32,000 nt of DNA from Saccharicrinis sp. UBA6048 (GTDB taxonomy: Bacteria; Bacteroidota; Bacteroidia; Bacteroidales; Marinilabiliaceae), in NCBI GenBank assembly GCA_002429115.1, contig DIYS01000015.1:1-32000 (forward strand), read 5' to 3'. The translations under genes and the position numbers were made by a program. The notes beneath the pieces were generated by a model, which saw nothing but the letters and a program-made list of their open reading frames with translations, searched no databases and had not been told where the DNA came from. Below, one piece after another: positions 28,241-32,000 of this stretch (its first letter is position 1; every line of letters begins with the position of its first letter).

Positions 28241-28257
28241 TACAAACTCTAAATAAT

Positions 28258-28560
28258 ATGTGGCCAGGATTTAAGAAGTACATTAAACCATTGCTTAAGA
28301 ACAAGTTCTTTCTTGCAACCATTGTATTTATTGTTTTTGTTGGCTTTTTCGATCAGAATAGCTTATTGGATCGCTATCAGCTGAGCAAACGAATTAGTCA
28401 ACTCGAAAAGCAAAAGGAGCATTACATTGAAGAGATTGAACAAAACAACCGAAAGATGAAAGAATTGCAGAGTAATTCTGAAAACCTTGAGAAGTTCGCT
28501 CGTGAAGAGTATTTAATGAAAAAGAAAGACGAGGTAATTTTTGTTGTTGAAGAAGAGTAA
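28258..28560 (+). CDS. Septum formation initiator family protein (FtsB/DivIC-like)
   Basis: TM helix FFLATIVFIVFVGFF, then the coiled coil LLDRYQLSKRISQLEKQKEHYIEEIEQNNRKMKELQ and EKFAREEYLMKKKDEVIF. The track ORF starts at the GTG at 28207; the ATG at 28258 is preferred. Confidence 0.75.
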   Translation: MWPGFKKYIKPLLKNKFFLATIVFIVFVGFFDQNSLLDRYQLSKRISQLEKQKEHYIEEIEQNNRKMKELQSNSENLEKFAREEYLMKKKDEVIFVVEEE

Positions 28561-28596
28561 GGGATTTTAGATTTATGATGGATGATATATGATGTT

Positions 28597-28685
28597 GATG
28601 AGAGTTTTGTGTTTAAGGTTCTGGGTTGAGAGTTTTGAGTTCCGGGTTGAGAGTTTGGGGTTTTGGGTTTGAAGTTTTGATTTAT
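28597..28685. repeat. GT-only low-complexity tandem repeat (~21-bp unit, about 4 copies)
   Basis: The units are GGGTTGAGAGTTTTGAGTTCC (28623), GGGTTGAGAGTTTGGGGTTTT (28644), GGGTTTGAAGTTTTGATTTAT (28665) and a degenerate copy from 28597. The interval 28561-28690 contains only 3 C residues. Confidence 0.8.
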
Positions 28686-28694
28686 AAAGTACAA

Positions 28695-29018
28695 ATGAAT
28701 TTATACAAGTTTTTAAGTGCCATCTACTATGTAGGAATGGCCTTTGTTTTTTTAGGTGTTTTAATGCACATCAGTGATATTAACTATGGCGCATGGGTAT
28801 TTACTTCGGGTGCTGTAGTTATGGTTGGTATCAGATGCTATAACTGGATTGTAGGAAAACCAGAAAACAAACGGGTCTTTTCTATTTTACTATACAGTTC
28901 GTTAATGTTGCTGCCAGCTGCCTGGACCATGTTGACATATCGTCGCTATTGGGTCATATTTATTATTCTGACAGCTGTACTGGACACCTATGCCAGCTAT
29001 CGACGCATCAAAAAATAG
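28695..29018 (+). CDS. Small hypothetical membrane protein (107 aa, 3-4 TM)
   Basis: The internal ATG at 28695 (MNLYKFLSAIYYVGMAFVFLGVLM...) begins the hydrophobic part. The upstream portion of the track ORF (28626-) is only a translation of the GT-rich repeat. Confidence 0.55.
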   Translation: MNLYKFLSAIYYVGMAFVFLGVLMHISDINYGAWVFTSGAVVMVGIRCYNWIVGKPENKRVFSILLYSSLMLLPAAWTMLTYRRYWVIFIILTAVLDTYASYRRIKK

Positions 29019-29043
29019 CTTTAGAAGCTAAACCAGTCAACGG

Positions 29044-30297
29044 TTATTTCTCTAGTTGCCGGTATAGTTCGAGCAGCTCACTATTCTCAAAAACATCAGG
29101 CGATTCTTCAGTCATCATTTCGTACAAACTTAATGAAGCATCAAATACGGGTGTTTTTTCAAGAAAATGGGCATGCGTATAGTTGAGATACTTCACAACT
29201 CTAAAAGCGCTAAAAACTTCATAAAAACGCTTTTTAAACACTTTCAATGAGCTGCAATTCGAATTAATGTTTTGTAATACTCTGAAGAAATCGGAATTAA
29301 CCAGGTAACTTCTCATTCTTCCACTCAACTGATGCACAAAATCATCGATTGCATCCTCAGTGATCTGATAAAGTTGATCTTTAATAGCCAGGAACTCCTT
29401 CAAATCAATAAAAGCCTGCAAATTGTAAGTCAAATACTCTTCGCCTGAATTGATGATTGTATTCACCGATGGTCCGGTTCCGAATGGAACACGATCAGAA
29501 ATACGTGATGATGGATATACGCAACAACTGTTTATTCTGGATACCTTCCCAAGCTGAATCGCCTTTTGAAGAAAATAGAAATCCTCACCAGCCTGCTTTC
29601 TTGGCATTCCTCCGGCTCTTACATAGGCATCGGCTGTAATTGCAAAACATGATCCAACCGTATGAATAGCTATATGAAATCCACTAAACAACAAAGCTTG
29701 CAGATAATATCGCAAATGTAATTCATATTGCGCGATGGCATCATAGGTATCATCATCAAAATCACCACCTATAGGATGCTCAAAATAGATGGTTGCCACA
29801 TCTGCCCCTTCTGTGTCAAATGCATCTTGTACTTCATTAAAATAGTTGTCCGATATACTTGAATCAGCATCCAACGAGCAGATAATACCCCTTGTATCCT
29901 GAACTTTCGCAAAACAATAGGCCGCATAATCCATTCCTGTTTTACGCGCATGACCAACGCCAGCGTGTTTTTTAGGAATATCATAATCTTCCAGAAGTGT
30001 CATTTGCAATTGAGGCTGATCGCTTATTAAGTCCAATTCAACCTGTCTTTTTAATGCATGCTGGCGTGCTTTATTTTCCTCCGTATCCTGATCGGAATAA
30101 TTAAAAACCAGAATTAACTCAAGAACTAAATTGGTATTGCGAATAGATTCATAGACGCTATTGATCGTTTTAAACAGATAATCTTCTTCCAAATATACCG
30201 GAATAACCATTTTGATATCGGAACGAACAGTCCTCCCGATTTTTATAGTGTGCTTATCAAAATACTTGGTAAAATGTTTGTCCATGACTCTTAACAT
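29044..30297 (-). CDS. Glycosyltransferase family 2 protein
   Basis: N-terminal Rossmann strand MVIPVYLEEDYLFKTINSV, the DxD-like SLDADSSISDNYF, and AGEDFYFLQK. 417 aa. Confidence 0.7.
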   Translation of the reverse strand: MLRVMDKHFTKYFDKHTIKIGRTVRSDIKMVIPVYLEEDYLFKTINSVYESIRNTNLVLELILVFNYSDQDTEENKARQHALKRQVELDLISDQPQLQMTLLEDYDIPKKHAGVGHARKTGMDYAAYCFAKVQDTRGIICSLDADSSISDNYFNEVQDAFDTEGADVATIYFEHPIGGDFDDDTYDAIAQYELHLRYYLQALLFSGFHIAIHTVGSCFAITADAYVRAGGMPRKQAGEDFYFLQKAIQLGKVSRINSCCVYPSSRISDRVPFGTGPSVNTIINSGEEYLTYNLQAFIDLKEFLAIKDQLYQITEDAIDDFVHQLSGRMRSYLVNSDFFRVLQNINSNCSSLKVFKKRFYEVFSAFRVVKYLNYTHAHFLEKTPVFDASLSLYEMMTEESPDVFENSELLELYRQLEK

Positions 30298-30372
30298 CAG
30301 ATCATTTGTTTCAAAAGTAAAAAAGGCAGAAATCTTCCGACTTCTGCCCTTTTCAAATATTTTAATTTCTTA

Positions 30373-30975
30373 CTACTTCGCTGCAGCGTGACGCGCATTT
30401 AACGCCTCTAATATTTCATGTGTAATATCTACACCTTCAGCTCCGTACAATACATTGTCTCCTAATGTATTACTCAAGATAACTTTATACGCTTTCTTCT
30501 GCGTGTATACATCCAGGTAATTCATTAATGTATCACGTAGCTGGGCATTTAGTTTGTTCTGCTCTGTTTGCAACTCACGAACTAATTTCTGCTCTAGTAA
30601 CTGTAGTTCCTGCTCTGCCTTCGCCAAACGTTGCTGCTCTTTTTGCGCACGTTCCATGCTAAGAAAGGCATTGTTTTGAACTTTACGTTGAAACTCTACA
30701 GCATCCTCCTGGAAAACCTTTGCTTTCTCGTTAAAATCAGCTCTTGAAGCTTCTTCTTTAGCAATTAATTGCTCATTAACTTCCTTAGCAAAAGAATAGT
30801 TTAATAAAAGCGAATCGGTATTGATATATGCTATTGGAAATAACTCACCTTCACTGACTGCACTGCCGGCAGCTTCGTTTGAATTATCAGATCCTTTTTG
30901 CGAAAAATGCAATACAAATAATATAATTACAGCAATTAATAAAACGCCATTCAACACTGTTGATAATTGTTTCAT
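30373..30975 (-). CDS. OmpH/Skp family periplasmic chaperone
   Basis: Signal or anchor MKQLSTVLNGVLLIAVIILFVL, then a Q/E/K/L-rich coiled coil (FQRKVQNNAFLSMERAQKEQQRLAKAEQELQLLEQKL). 200 aa. Confidence 0.75.
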   Translation of the reverse strand: MKQLSTVLNGVLLIAVIILFVLHFSQKGSDNSNEAAGSAVSEGELFPIAYINTDSLLLNYSFAKEVNEQLIAKEEASRADFNEKAKVFQEDAVEFQRKVQNNAFLSMERAQKEQQRLAKAEQELQLLEQKLVRELQTEQNKLNAQLRDTLMNYLDVYTQKKAYKVILSNTLGDNVLYGAEGVDITHEILEALNARHAAAK

Positions 30976-31181
30976 ACTCTCCCTAGTGAAATTTAACCTT
31001 TATTTTTTATGGACAACAAATATAAGTGATTACCCTACATATAAAAATATTTGTCCATATTTTTTAGATGATTCAATAAGAATGTTTAAACAAAAAATCG
31101 ATTAAGCTTGTTAAGCCTAACCGCCTTGTATTATGACCTGAATTCAATGAAAAACCTAAACTCAGGTAAGAAATGTTTATT

Positions 31182-32000
31182 TTAAAAAATAGTCCGTGAA
31201 CGGCGTCTGTACTTTGAGCCTGACGAACCTGTCATACCTGGTGCACTGCATGGTATAGCTCCTCTTGATTTTTTCTTTTTAACTGATGTATTAAAGCGCC
31301 ATGTCAAAGTTAATTCATTGGCTCCATTACTATAGCCCGATAGTTCTGAAAGTGTCCAGTCATAACTATAACCCAAACGGGCATTCCCTAAGTTTATGCC
31401 AAGAATAAAAATAAGTCCGTCTTGATTTTCGAGCCCACCTCCGGATGCAAATGGTATTCCACGATACCACAACCCTAATTCCATCGGGTTTATATACCAA
31501 TAAGTACCAATATCAAGTTGACTAAAATGTGCTTGCATCCGGTAATTAAAGGCCAACGTTATACTTTGCTCATCACTTCGGCGCATTCTATCTTTATACC
31601 TATACTTATAACCACCGTAAACAGCTGTTCTAAAGTCATTAAATGACTCCATATCTGTGGCAGCAATATCATTCTTTACAATATTATGAAAGCCTACTCC
31701 AAACCAGAAATCATCACTATATATCATGGCAGAAGCCGCCGCATCAAACTGACTGTGATTAAACTCCTGATTGTCGACACTACCACTTGGAATACTTCCA
31801 CCTTCACTCCCCTGATCAGAAGGAAATATTGCATTTAACAAGTCCAGATTACGCTCTTTATACATAAATTCAATGCCCGGTCGCACATAGAGGCCACGCA
31901 TTACTTCAATTTCGTAAGCGTATAAAAGACTAATATCCTGACGAACCAATAAACCATTACCAGCATCATCACGCATGATCAGAAGACCTAAACCACTGCT
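31182..32000 (-). CDS. PorP/SprF family type IX secretion system membrane protein (partial; N-terminus beyond window end)
   Basis: The frame stays open upstream of the track's ATG (my translation of 32000-31977 gives SSGLGLLI before MRDDAGNG). The pattern DDAGNGLL..QDISLLYAYEI...GLYVRPGIEF...FPSDQ...ANELTLTWRF fits PorP/SprF barrels. Confidence 0.7.
   Translation of the reverse strand, partial: SSGLGLLIMRDDAGNGLLVRQDISLLYAYEIEVMRGLYVRPGIEFMYKERNLDLLNAIFPSDQGSEGGSIPSGSVDNQEFNHSQFDAAASAMIYSDDFWFGVGFHNIVKNDIAATDMESFNDFRTAVYGGYKYRYKDRMRRSDEQSITLAFNYRMQAHFSQLDIGTYWYINPMELGLWYRGIPFASGGGLENQDGLIFILGINLGNARLGYSYDWTLSELSGYSNGANELTLTWRFNTSVKKKKSRGAIPCSAPGMTGSSGSKYRRRSRTIF

Noticed and set aside
28623-28667. 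Potential G-quadruplex from GGG tracts at 28623, 28644, 28657 and 28665
   Set aside because: Loop lengths of 18, 10 and 4 nt are long for a stable G4. The tracts are better explained as part of the 21-bp tandem repeat.
28422-28694. 90-aa minus-strand ORF with the repeats PKTPNSQPGTQNSQPRT
   Set aside because: It is a translation of the complement of the GT-only repeat, and it overlaps the well-supported FtsB-like gene on the other strand. The repeat explains the open frame.

Overview
This is a chromosomal window from a Bacteroidota genome of roughly 40% GC, probably a marine Marinilabiliales- or Bacteroidales-like organism. The taxon is inferred from Na+-NQR, T9SS genes, TAnnTTTG-type promoter boxes and the absence of Shine-Dalgarno sites. 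I found no rRNA, tRNA, CRISPR array, IS element or integrase.

Gene content, left to right:
- a partial fused E1 alpha/beta 2-oxoacid dehydrogenase (minus strand, missing from the ORF track because it is open to the window edge)
- two tandem PAS-LuxR paralogs
- a beta-barrel outer-membrane protein and an alpha/beta hydrolase
- a small single-TM protein convergent with the flavin transferase ApbE
- a secreted GH2 beta-galactosidase, a GH63-like lipoprotein glycosidase and a TPR-TM-LuxR regulator
- the complete nqrABCDEF operon (minus strand)
- a T9SS plug-like (DUF5103) gene
- a 3.1-kb orphan region with two uncharacterised genes
- pruA, an LPS-kinase-like gene, an FtsB-like gene, a small membrane protein, a GT2 glycosyltransferase, an OmpH/Skp chaperone and a partial PorP/SprF gene

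The strongest unexplained signal is at 24089-24340. It is a strictly 42-bp-phased array of six near-palindromic units lying between the two orphan genes, and the same half-sites recur in a hairpin just upstream of the first orphan gene.

Other observations:
- A ~50-bp hairpin element occurs twice and exactly brackets the 7.2-kb glycosidase/regulator block that separates nqrF from apbE.
- A possible NqrM-like analog sits next to apbE.
- A (GGCAGAA)3 hairpin lies between nqrA and nqrB.
- Several word-repeat or GT-only low-complexity spacers sit at gene ends.

All family assignments come from reading motifs by eye. No database search was run.
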